Source: Takakia lepidozioides (lineage: Eukaryota; Plantae; Bryophyta). From it: DNA of 64,000 nucleotides. The translations under genes were made by a program, and so were the position numbers. This document shows positions 1-11,173 of this stretch, one piece after another (the stretch's first letter is position 1; each line of letters opens with the position of its first letter). The stretch spans positions 36,270,001 through 36,334,000 of the forward strand of contig CM060732.1 of NCBI GenBank assembly GCA_030704615.1. Reading direction: 5' to 3'. Below the pieces are notes generated by a model. The model was given only the letters and a program-made list of their open reading frames with translations, had not been told where the DNA came from and searched no databases.

Positions 1-279
1 ACAACATTGCTTGCGATCGCTCATGATGCCGCTTTTGACATCACCTTGAGCAAGGGTTCACCTGGAACCCTCTTTGACTAGGAAGATAACCTTGAACCAA
101 CTGTGCGCCCCAATCACTACAATTGGGTCCGCCTTGGAATGCTGGCCTGAGGTACGGGAACACGCCGAAGCCGCACTACGACTTCGTCCCGAGGCTACAC
201 TACAACACTGGTTCAAACCACAGTCTGGTGTGTCATGAAGGTATCCACCTTTCAGCTGGAAGGTAGTAGCCCTTGTGGT

Positions 280-1960
280 GAAGAGGTTGGGTAGCGAGTG
301 AGCATGCTCACATGAGCACAAGGGCATATTCTCCGAATTTTCGGGAAATTTCCACGGCAAAGTGAAATTGATGAAATTAATAATCATGCAAAATTAACAC
401 ATAAAGAACAAATAGCCCGTATACCTGGTGAACATGTTATCCTATAGGCATGGCTTTTTCTCCATAAGAGGCGGGAGAGAGGCTTTACCTCAACTTTAAG
501 ATCCTTTCCCTTGTTTAAAAAAAATAAAAAATCACGCATGGATAATTTCGCAGTGCGAAATTCCGCCTGAGAAGCAATGACATTGTGGCTAAAATGATGA
601 ATAGGTCACTTTTCAAGCCCCCACCCACTCCTTTTGAATGTAGGATTTTTGGGTGATGGGATTTCTCAATGCAAAACCCACCGCTTGCTTGGTTTGTGCC
701 CATATCACCAAGTATTTTTGCGAAATTCACCACTGCCTAGTTTGTGCCTAGAGAGAGATGACTTAGGCCGAAGCCGGCGCAACTAAGAGCCACTTCACCT
801 TGCGGCTACTGCCCCCTTTCGGGGCTGGCCCCCCCTATATAGTTTGTGCCCATATCACCAAGGAGGTTGGGTAGCGCATGAGCATGCTCACGTGAGCACA
901 AGGGCACATTCCTGAATTTGCATGAAATTTCCACTGCAAAATGAATTTGGCGAAACTAAAAACTATGAGAAACTAACACGTAGAGGTTACGTAGCCCCTA
1001 TACCCGATGAGCATGTTACCCTATAGGCGTGGGTTTTCTCCATAACATGCGCGAGAGTGTGTGGTAAGGCTTCAACTGAAATTGCAGGTCCTCACCCATA
1101 GCTAATAGAAATATGTACCACACAACCTGATAATTTCGCAGCTCTAGAAACTCTATACCAACCAGCCTGACAAGAAATCAACTACAGCAGAAAGTATGAG
1201 AAGCTCACTATTAAAGTCCCCAGCACCAAGCCCATATCACCGAAGTATTTCTCAAATACCAGTAAGAGTTTCTCAAAGCGAAACCCACTTCTTCATATAT
1301 TTCTCAAATACTAAGAAATGTTTCTCAATGCGAAACCCACCGCTGCATACGTTTGTGTCCATATCACCAAGTCTGTCTCAAATACAGGAAGGGTTTCTCA
1401 ATGCGAAACCCACCGCTGCATAGGTTTGTGCCAATATCACCACATCTTCCTCAATGCAAAACTCATCGCTGCAGGTTCCTGGCTACTCTAATGAAGTTTC
1501 CGCCTCGCGGAATTGGCGCAGATGTACTGTATATATGCTCCGGTCGCTTATGGTTTTATTCCGTTTTGGAAACATATAACTCCTATGACCAAGGTCAGAA
1601 TAACATGAAACTCCCATGACCGTGGGTTGTGCTCACGCGATACCAACCCCCATCACCAAGTATTTCTCGGCGAAATTCACCGCTGTAAAATTCACCGCCG
1701 CCACTATAGGTTTAGGGTTTTTGGCTACACTACCGAAGGTTTCGCCTCGCTGAATTGGCGCAGATGTACCTACAAATGCACCAGTCCTCTATACCCGCTT
1801 ATGGTTTTATTCCATTTTGAAAACATATAACTCCTATGACCGAGGTTTAAAAACATAAAACTCACATGATCGTGGGTTACGCGAGCGTGCATATGTTGTG
1901 CTCACATGATACCAACCCCTCTCTTCACCATAATTTACGCTCCCTTTGGGGGGCGTCTAA
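280..1960. repeat. Locally duplicated repetitive region, probably a non-autonomous TE remnant
   Basis: ~280-480 resembles ~863-1060 (GAGGTTGGGTAGCG..GAGCATGCTCAC..GAGCACAAGGGCA). ~1490-1660 resembles ~1735-1920. TTTCTCAATGC(A/G)AAACCCACCGCT recurs at ~662, 1321 and 1393. No credible ORF. Confidence 0.55.
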
Positions 1961-2442
1961 TGATATATATATATTTGTCCAATCTGCATAATGTTCCTTC
2001 AATTTGAGCGGGAGTATTTCGAGGCATATTCCCGAGGGACCTTTAATGTTGAGTCTTTACGCATTCGCAAAGACCCGGCAAAACTTTCTTAGTGTAAGTT
2101 ATTCGAAGGGCACCTTAGGCAATGGAAGGCACCTTACAGTTCGGTTCGTAAGGTTCCTCCTCAAATATTCACCAATCTGAACCTCCCATTAGATTATACC
2201 TGAGCCGTCCAGACTTAAAGAATTTTTTGCTGTTCCTTTACCGCTTGGTGCCGGGCGCTCATTCGAGTAACGCCCGCTCCTCGTGCCTTACTTTCCCTCC
2301 ACGTAACCAGCGTGGAGGGCTGCTTCTCTGGAAGTTTCTGGGCCATGACAACACGCCAAGCAGACGAGTGCAGTGCAGTGGGAAGCAGCAGATCGCTTCG
2401 TTTGTAGCATACAATTTGGTGTTGCTCTTTGCTGAGGGTAGA

Positions 2443-3354
2443 ATGGGGCACAGCAAGATTCTGATTGTGGGAGCAACGGGATTCATTGGAAAGCACATTG
2501 CCAAGGCAAGCGCTCGCCTCGGCCATCCGACATTCGTCCTCGTCCGGCCAGCTACAGCCTCTAGTCCCGATAAGAAAGAGCTCCTTGATTCATTCCAAGC
2601 CGCCGGGGTCACAATCTTGCATGGGGATATAACAGACAAGGAGAGTCTGGTGGCGGCCTTGAGGCAAGTGGACATAGTGGTCTGCACAGTAACCGGACCA
2701 CAAGTGCTTGACCAGCTCACGCTCCTTGAGGCAATTAAAGAGGTCGGACACATCAAGAGATTCCTTCCTTCGGAGTTCGGTATGGACGTTGAGAGAACGA
2801 CTATTTTGAAGCAAGTAGATGCCGTTTTCAAGCCTAAAATACAAGTGCGCAACGCTATCAAACAAGCAGGCGTCCCCTACACGCTCGTGCAGTGCAACTG
2901 CTTTGCACACTGGGCTTTTCCTGCACTAGGGTTCTCAGGCCCCCAGATTAAGGAGATGACCATTTGGGGTACTGGAAATCGCAAAGCTGTTTTTGTGGAT
3001 GAGGACGACATTGCTACTTTTACCATCAAAGCCCTAGACGATCCCCGCACTCTTAACAAAATGCTTGTGATTCGCCCACGACCCAACATAGTCACGCTCA
3101 ATGAGCTTGTGGCACTGTAGGAAAAGAAGACAGGCCACGAATTGGAGAAGACTTATCTTCCAGAGGATGAAGTACTGAAGAAAATTGAAGAGACACCATT
3201 TCCAGGAAATCTTGTTCCCGCCATCATGTACAACGTCTTTGTGAAGGGTGAACAGTGCTTCGAGCTGGGCTCTCATGATGTGGAGGCAACTGAGCTCTAC
3301 CCGGATGTCAAATGTGATACAATCGATGAATACTTCAACAAATTACTTGCTTGA
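2443..3354 (+). pseudogene. NmrA-like / PIP-family (isoflavone reductase, PCBER, PLR-like) NADPH reductase with one in-frame stop
   Basis: MGHSKILIVGATGFIG (GxxGxxG), HPTFVLVR, IKRFLPSEFG, DDPRTLNK and LYPDVK. TAG at 3118-3120 replaces the Trp of LVALWEKK, and the same frame continues to 3354. No introns. Confidence 0.88.
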
Positions 3355-4551
3355 GACCAAACGTCAAGGATTGCAAGATGTATAAATCTGCTGGTTTCAC
3401 TTGTACCAAGGCCAGACGTCAAAATGGATCCTGCATTCCGAGATATTCTGCAGTATCACCACGGATTATGAACAGATTTCGACTGTTTACTCTACATCCA
3501 CACGATAGCAGAGTGGTGCCTTGACCTTCGGTACTACCTTCACCCCATAGATGAGCTCTTAGCAGAGAGGACGAATTCTTTGTTATGATGATCAAGCCAA
3601 CTCAAGCCGTCTCTATAGAACCACAGCACTCAGAGGTTGCCAAGGGAGCATGAAAAAGCCAACACATATTAAGAGGATCAATGAGCACTAAACAACAGCT
3701 TGAATAGGTCTGTTTTAAGTTGGTTAACTTTCACTTGGCCATCCATTGATCCATCTTATAGAGGTGATGAAGATATTGGCTGAGCTTTGAGAAATAAATA
3801 TATGTGTTGTGGTCATCTTGCTTCCATCAAAGTCATATTGATGAGTCCACCCTTCAGCAGACGATCAGTTGGGGCTGCAATGGCAATGCTGCTGGCTTGG
3901 CTGGAAGAGCTCCATGTAGCCTGGCTATGGGGAGGTGACACTACTGATATGCTGAGAGTGGGATCAGAGACAAGGAAAGCACTCCAAGTCTAATGACTGT
4001 AATGATATAGGCAGACACACACCAGCCAGGTTTCTATCATGTACTTCAATCTCAGATTGTAACCAGAGACACATTAACTTGTATAAAGGCTTAGGAAAAA
4101 AAAAACTTGGCTTCAGGGCCTCTATCACTGTATAAGACAGAAAGAAACCATGGGGGGACTGGTTGCCTAGGGGCAAACAAGCCACCACTACTCTGGCTAA
4201 CCGACGAGCTGCCTTCTAGAAGGCTTCACTGTCTCACTGCATCAACTCACTGTCTTTTACAAGTCGTCTAGCTGCCTGGTCAACCATCTGACTCCGTAAC
4301 ATATCAAGGACTTACATGCAAGGCACAGTGACTAAGGCAACAAAATGGAAACAATCACTGCTCTTTGGAAGGGCTATAACTGATTTCATGTGTAACTTAC
4401 CAGCTACATAGTTTTAAGAAACAAAGATGAGACTGAAAAACATACTAGGTAGTCTCGAGGAGCAAAGAACAAGTCTTCGACTTTATTCCATGTCGTAATA
4501 TGAATTGAACATATCTGGAATGGCTTGCTTGTTAGCCTGTTGCATGCTAGA

Positions 4552-5739
4552 CTAACGTCCTTCAACTGAAGCATTCAAATGGGGACAGAAGGGTAGGTAG
4601 TGAGGAAAATAATCAAGACGTCCATATGTCTGGTACCCGTGGTATCTACTGGGTCTTGATTCTTGCAAGGCTCTCCAGGATTCCTGCGACATGTTATACA
4701 CCATCGATACATCTGTATAAGGCCCAGCTCCGTCGTCCATGCTATTCAGATCTAGATATGTGCCCTCTAGAAAAAGATTGTCACCGTGCACCGCAATCCT
4801 CCATAACTCCAAGAAATCATACAGATCACCCCACTCATCTGGCAGAGTCTTGTGGGCCACAAATTCGCGGGTACTTGGATTAAACCACGTCAAGAAGAGC
4901 TTTTGAGTTTGACTTCCCACTGTATGTGCGTGATAAGCTAGGATTAAGAAATTGCCGCACTCCATTAGAAGAGGACGATGAAAAAAATCATCGACGATGT
5001 TAGACGGCAACGCAGGAAGTTCGATGGGGTCCCTGATCCAAACACCCTCTTCGACATTGTATACCACGAGCAGATTATGTTTGCTGGGAATAGTATCGTG
5101 GTAAGCTACATAGTAAAGGAGGCCATTGCAAAGAGCATGATTTCCATTAGAAATAAGATACACATCCGGAGTAGGATACTTGGAACTGGTCCACAAATTC
5201 AGTCTTTGAATCATGCTCCATCGCACTGCAACATTAGAACGGATGTCACGTGGGACCATGAAAATCTTATAAGTGTTGGTCTTTGTGTCCACTTTCATGC
5301 GAATAACCTGCCATCCCTCGACTTGATGCAGTGGAGGCAATTTCTTCCATGCCCCTGTCAGAGGATTCCACACACACAATGCAACGTCGTAGATATGGTA
5401 TTGAGAATGGCTATGGAAACATAGAAGGCCTCCATCGTTGCCCATAATATGCTTATTGTTGAGGTCACCTGGCATGGCTTGTCTGGTATCCGAGTCCGTC
5501 TGGTACCCAAACCATGGTCTGTCCGCGTCTTGATCTACTTCCTCAACGGCAATCCGATACGAACCCCAACGATCGGATGACAGGCCTAAGCACGTTTGAA
5601 GGAAGTGAGGACTATGAATGATGGACTCCCACGTCTTGCATACACAACGAGCTCTGAACAGGTTGGGAAGAGGGAAGAAAGCCAGTGTTCTCTCCTTCAA
5701 TTCTTCAGGTAAACTTCCCCATAGTCTCCGTCTTAACAT
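4552..5739 (-). CDS. F-box protein with kelch/F-box-associated-type C-terminus, intronless
   Basis: N-terminal F-box LWGSLPEELKERTLAFFPLPNLFRARCVCKTWESII, then GGLLCF and VWNPLTGAWKKLPP. 395-aa open frame. Confidence 0.88.
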   Translation of the reverse strand: MLRRRLWGSLPEELKERTLAFFPLPNLFRARCVCKTWESIIHSPHFLQTCLGLSSDRWGSYRIAVEEVDQDADRPWFGYQTDSDTRQAMPGDLNNKHIMGNDGGLLCFHSHSQYHIYDVALCVWNPLTGAWKKLPPLHQVEGWQVIRMKVDTKTNTYKIFMVPRDIRSNVAVRWSMIQRLNLWTSSKYPTPDVYLISNGNHALCNGLLYYVAYHDTIPSKHNLLVVYNVEEGVWIRDPIELPALPSNIVDDFFHRPLLMECGNFLILAYHAHTVGSQTQKLFLTWFNPSTREFVAHKTLPDEWGDLYDFLELWRIAVHGDNLFLEGTYLDLNSMDDGAGPYTDVSMVYNMSQESWRALQESRPSRYHGYQTYGRLDYFPHYLPFCPHLNASVEGR

Positions 5740-6812
5740 ATTGGACTACTACGCTGATACAATCTAGACTAGAGCTTTACCGCCCACCAACACAGTGCGA
5801 GGCTGTCAAGCCAAAGAGTGAGCGTGCGTCGAGGAGACAAGTAGAGTGCGTCTTATATCTCGAGCGCGAAGTGCACTTTTGAGAGAAAAAGTTCGCTAAA
5901 TATATCATTCTAAAACTTGGTTACTTTTTCTTTGTTCCGAAATTAGCCTTGACCTCCACCATCGATGAGAGAGGACGATTCTTTGTTATGATGACAAACA
6001 GAATTCAAGTTGTGTCCATATAACCATAGCATGCCTCTGCAGAGGAAGAGGAAACATTTACCGAGACCTTTGACAACACATTTGTAAGCCAGATTATGCA
6101 TAACGTCAAATCTTTAGTTCATCACTTCACAGCCCAAGTGCAAGAGAAAAAGTAGCACATCAACAGGCTTTGATCTGATCAACCAAAGATTTGCTAAGAA
6201 TGATGAGCATTGGTAGAGCACTGCTTGCATCTACCGGGGTCACTGCAATCACCATATTCTAAAGACAAACTATCCACAGTTACATATCTTCTTCCATAGC
6301 ATCACAATAGTGTGCATATGATCGCTCCCAGTCAGTGTTATGGAGTTTTTGGAGTTTCTCCATACATCCTTCTCCCTCTAGTTCATGCACTCACTCCAGT
6401 TCCGTCTGCCACATACATCGGTGAGTAGGTCAGAATGAGTTGGAAATGATGTAAAGAAACAGGAGATGGGCTGCAGCTCACGACCACTTTCATTTGCCGA
6501 ATGTGGGCATAGAGATCAAAAGGTCCAAGACATTTTTTTGGGAGAACCTGAAGGATGACGTTGAGAATGTCATGGAGAATTCTCATGGAAGCCACCTTCG
6601 CTATATGAGTGCATTGTGCAATGGCTCTGCAGATCGCAAACCGGCAAGGAACAAATATTGCCTTGCTCAATATTTTGGTGTTCAGCCATTTCTTCATCTC
6701 TTTCAGCTCAGCATGAACATCTGAATGTGGTATTAAGAACTGTAATCTATGATGAGTGTATGCACCGATTTACATTTCTGCCCATCAATTTTCTCACCTT
6801 TGCTTACTTGTC

Positions 6813-9422
6813 CTACCTGCCAGCGTCAGCATTGCTCTTTGATAGCAGCACATAACTTGCATTGTGTTGTGGGTCAGACTTGAGAACATATTTTGCTGCG
6901 AGTTCTGCTAGCTCCACATTGCCATGAATTTTGCAGGCAGCAAGCAAGGCCCCCCACCCTGAAGCACCTGGTTTGACTGGCAGAGCTCTAATGAAGTCCT
7001 CTGCCTCATCCAATCGCCCTGCACGGCCAAGAATGTCCACCATGCAACCACAATGCTCTACTGCAGAAGTGAGGCCATGATCTCGACTCATGGAATGTAA
7101 GTAGTGAAGGCCTTCATCGGCCAGGCCCACATGGCTGCATGCAGAGAGAAGAGAGAGAAAGGTGATACTGTCTGGCTTCAAGCCTCCCTGTTGCATTTGT
7201 TCATATAAATGGAGGGCCTCCCTACCAAAACCATGGTGAGCATACCCTGTGATCATGGTGTTCCACGAGACCACATCTCGTTGAGCCATATTGTCGAACA
7301 CCTGACGTGCATCCTTAATGCTCCCACATTTTGAATACATGTCAACAAGGGTATTCTCAAGAATGGTGTCTGGTACAATTCCACTTTTGCTCAAGTCAGC
7401 ATGGACCTGTTTACCCTTTTCCAGGACTCCTAGGCTGGCACACGCATTGAAAATGCAATTGAATGTGACTATATCAGGCCTCACCCCTTCCCATACCATT
7501 TGTTTATACATTTTGAAAGAGTCCCTAGCACACCCATGCTGCGCGTATTGTGCGATCATGGTGTTCCATGAGGCCACATTTCGTTGAGTCATATTGTCGA
7601 ACACTAGCCGTGCATCCTGTATGCTCCCACATTTGGCATACATGTCAGCAAGGGCAGCTTCCAGAATGATATCTGGCCCAGTCCCAGCTTTAATGATGTC
7701 AGCATGGACCTCTTTACCATTTTTCAGGGCCCCTGGGCTGGCAGCACATGCAGAGAGAAGGCAAATAAATGTGACTTTGTTGGGCATCACCCCTTCCCGT
7801 TGCATTTGCTCATACATCTTCAAAGCCTCCCTAGCCAACCCATGCTGAGCATATCCTGCTATCATGGTGTTCCATGAGACCACATTTCGTTCAGACATAT
7901 TGTTGAACACTTGCCGCGCATCTTCCATGCTCCCACACTTAGCATACATGTCTGCAAGGGCAGTCTCCAAATTGATTGAGGGTGCAATTCCAGCTTTGAT
8001 GATGTCTGCATGAGCCTCTTTGCCCTTCTTCAGGGCTCCTAGGCTGGCACAGACATTGAGAATGCAAATGAACGTGACCTTGTCAGGTGTCACCCCTTCC
8101 TGCATCATGTGCTCATATGTATTAAAAGCATCACTGCCACAGCCATGCTGAGCATATCCTGTGATCATGGAATTCCATGAGACAACATCTCGTTGAGCCA
8201 TATTGTCGAACACATGACGAGCATCCTTCACACTACTGCATTTGGCATACATGTCCACAAGGACATTCTCCAGATTTAAATCTGGTGTAATCCCAGCTTC
8301 AATAATGCTGGCATGGACCTCCTTCCCACTTTCCAGAACTCCTAGGCTAGCACACGCATTGAGAATGCAAATGAATGTGACCTTGTTGGGCGTGACCCCT
8401 TCCCATTGCATTTTCTTATAGATGTCAAAAGCCTCCCTACCAAGTCCATGCTGAGCATATCCTGCGATCATTGCACTCCAAGAGAACACATCGCGTCGAG
8501 CCATAGTGTTGAACACTCGACGGGCATTGTTCACACTCTTACATTTGGCATACATGTCAACAAGGCCATTCTCCAGATTGATATCTGATGCTATTGCAGC
8601 TTTGATGATGTCAGCATGGATTTTTCGGCCTTTTTGAAGGACTCCTAGGCTGGCACATGCTTTGACAGTGCAGATAAAGGTTACCCTGTTTGGCGTCACC
8701 CCTGTTTGTTGCATTTCCTCATACATCTCCAAAGCCTCCCTACCACACCCATGCTGAGCATATCCTGCGATCATGGCATTCCAAGAGACCACATCTCGTT
8801 TAGGCATATTGTCGAACACTTGATGGGCATTTTCCATGTTCCCGCATTTTGCATACATGTTAGCAAGGGCAGTCTCCAGAATCATATTAGGCAAAATTCC
8901 AGCTTTAATAATGTGAGCATGGACCTCTTTGCCCTTTTCCAGGGATCCTTGGCTGCTGGCACACGCATTGAGAATGCCAATAAATGTGACTGTGTTGGTC
9001 ATCACCCCTTCTAGTTGCATTTGCTCATACAACTTGAAAGCCTCGCTGACACAGCCTTGCTTTGCAAATCCTCCTATTATTATATTCCAAGAAAATGTAT
9101 CTCGTTGAGGCATTCTGTCAAACACTTGGCGGGCATCCACCATGCTCCCGCACTTGGCATACATGTTGACAAGGGTGTTGGAAATGGATATATTTGACTG
9201 GAATCCACTTTGGATAATATGGGAGTGCACCTGCTTTCCCTCTGCTAAGCCATGCATGTTGATGCACTCCTGCAAAAGACACACATATGTATCGGAGTCT
9301 GCCAAAATGCCTCGTTGGTTCAAAATGTGCAGGGCCTCTTCGAGTTGTCCTGCCTTACAAAGTGTCCTCATATTGCCACATTGTGCTTGACCTTGTGTCA
9401 TGGCAGCAAGCTCTGCTTTCAC
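6813..9422 (-). CDS. PLS-class pentatricopeptide repeat protein (organellar RNA-editing-factor type) with truncated E domain
   Basis: Repeating P-L-S triplets (LVDMYAKCGS.., RDVVSWNAMIAGYAQHG.., PNKVTFICILNACAS), then E-domain start (WGALLAACKIHGNVELAE..YVLLS) ending at AGR*. True start codon uncertain (9401-9538). Confidence 0.9.
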   Translation of the reverse strand: MKAELAAMTQGQAQCGNMRTLCKAGQLEEALHILNQRGILADSDTYVCLLQECINMHGLAEGKQVHSHIIQSGFQSNISISNTLVNMYAKCGSMVDARQVFDRMPQRDTFSWNIIIGGFAKQGCVSEAFKLYEQMQLEGVMTNTVTFIGILNACASSQGSLEKGKEVHAHIIKAGILPNMILETALANMYAKCGNMENAHQVFDNMPKRDVVSWNAMIAGYAQHGCGREALEMYEEMQQTGVTPNRVTFICTVKACASLGVLQKGRKIHADIIKAAIASDINLENGLVDMYAKCKSVNNARRVFNTMARRDVFSWSAMIAGYAQHGLGREAFDIYKKMQWEGVTPNKVTFICILNACASLGVLESGKEVHASIIEAGITPDLNLENVLVDMYAKCSSVKDARHVFDNMAQRDVVSWNSMITGYAQHGCGSDAFNTYEHMMQEGVTPDKVTFICILNVCASLGALKKGKEAHADIIKAGIAPSINLETALADMYAKCGSMEDARQVFNNMSERNVVSWNTMIAGYAQHGLAREALKMYEQMQREGVMPNKVTFICLLSACAASPGALKNGKEVHADIIKAGTGPDIILEAALADMYAKCGSIQDARLVFDNMTQRNVASWNTMIAQYAQHGCARDSFKMYKQMVWEGVRPDIVTFNCIFNACASLGVLEKGKQVHADLSKSGIVPDTILENTLVDMYSKCGSIKDARQVFDNMAQRDVVSWNTMITGYAHHGFGREALHLYEQMQQGGLKPDSITFLSLLSACSHVGLADEGLHYLHSMSRDHGLTSAVEHCGCMVDILGRAGRLDEAEDFIRALPVKPGASGWGALLAACKIHGNVELAELAAKYVLKSDPQHNASYVLLSKSNADAGR

Positions 9423-11173
9423 CCAAGCAGGATTAGACCAATCCTCAATCCAAAGGGCCTCCTTTGTGTGCTTATGTCTATAATCTGGTGCTCTTGGATT
9501 TCTCTGTGAAAATCACCAGCAGGCAGCTGAGCAGCCATAGCTTAAACCACAGCCTTACAAACACCAGGCTACCACTGGCACCAAGCTAGAATCATATTCC
9601 GAATAACAGGGAGGAACTTAGGCTTAGGCTACTAAAATTTTGCCCTGCTAACAAGGAAGAACAACTTACCAATAGCAACTTTAGGAGCTGCGGTTTTGCT
9701 ACTGTTATCGAGACAAAGCCATATTATCATTAATCTAGCGCTATGTGTGAGGTACAAGGTTATTGGGAAATGATGAGGTTAGACAGATCAGAGATTCCAA
9801 TCCAGAAAAAGTCATAATGCCAATTTCAGTCACAAGGTTCCTTGACCAACTCTTTCACATCCTAGATGAGAACTTCCTCACCTTATTAAACCTGTTGTCC
9901 CACCACAGTGAAGGATCCGAGAAGAAATCCTTCCAGAGCTGTTCTATGCTCATTGCTTGACCTACATGCAAGAACTGTGAGAAGGTGAGAATTCAGTCCA
10001 TTGGAGGAATGCTAGGGTAGGTTTTTTCAGTGAATCTCCCTCTCTCTTCTGTCTCTGGCTGTCACCCACTGCAGGGAAAATCTAATTCGTGAGCCTCCAC
10101 CCATGAGCCTGTGAGCGAACACTGAGTCTATGAGCTTGTGCTCAGGATTTTGGGTGAATCAGGGTGAATCATGAGCCTGAGCTGGGCACAATTCCCTTAA
10201 TCTTGGATGTGCAAAGTTTGCATGCTGCCTTTCCATGGGCAGAAGTTCGCACAATGAGTACATCTCTCTCGGCCATTATCGATCCCTCATCCTGAAGCAA
10301 TTGCTGCTCTCCACTGCTCAACAGGGACGACAACAATGTGTGGCAGGTGTATTTCGTTACCAGCCTTCCACATGGAGGAGTGAATAGAAAATGCTAGTTA
10401 CGGGATTCCACTATTCAAAGGCCGTGCCCTGTCCTAAATCTCCCCTCAGGAACAACAATGCCGGCGTTTCCCCCAAAACACGCTATCCCACACTACGTGT
10501 CTCTCGCTCTTCTGCCATAGAATGAATGCAAAGAAGATGCACATATCAAAAATTCGGGGAAGATAGCAGATCCTCAGGAAATTCGTGGACCACTTCAACA
10601 TTACACTCTATATGACCAACGTGAAATTCTCCCACAAAGATGGTTCCCTGTTCCTGGACTGGGCCTAGGAACAATCCAGTAACACGGGTCGCTCCAGCAC
10701 CCACCCAATTCCAAAGGGGCAACAGATTCACAGGTCTATACCTTTCTTCGGTATCCCTGTACGCTGGAGAGGCGTCGTATCCATCACTCTTGGGGATATG
10801 GGGCCCTGCATCCCAATCTGGCTCCCAATTTCAGCTCCACCTCCTCTCCCGATAATTTGCTCCATGATAATTTGCGCTGAAGGGGATTCCCTCCCCTTCA
10901 GCGCAAGGAGAAGACACTGCCATGAGCATGGCCCTGCCCTGCAAGCTCGTCAGAGCCATCCCTGTTGCTGCAGAGATTGAAAGCGAAGTTGGCGGCAGAC
11001 TGCAGCACCATCTCCAAAATTCTGGCGGATGATCACACGGTAGCTAGACACGACCGGCAGTTTTCTGCCGTGAGGGCTGTGGCGGCCCGTTTGCAGTTGC
11101 GGCAAAAACGTCCATTCACGTCTCTCCACACATCTCTCCCTCAACTCTGTGCTTGCATGCCCTCCTCTCTCGC

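Noticed and set aside
780-845. Helitron 3' end (GCCCC-TTTC-GGGGC hairpin followed by CTATATAGT)
   Set aside because: Terminus is not a clean CTRR, and no 5' end or Rep/helicase is identifiable.
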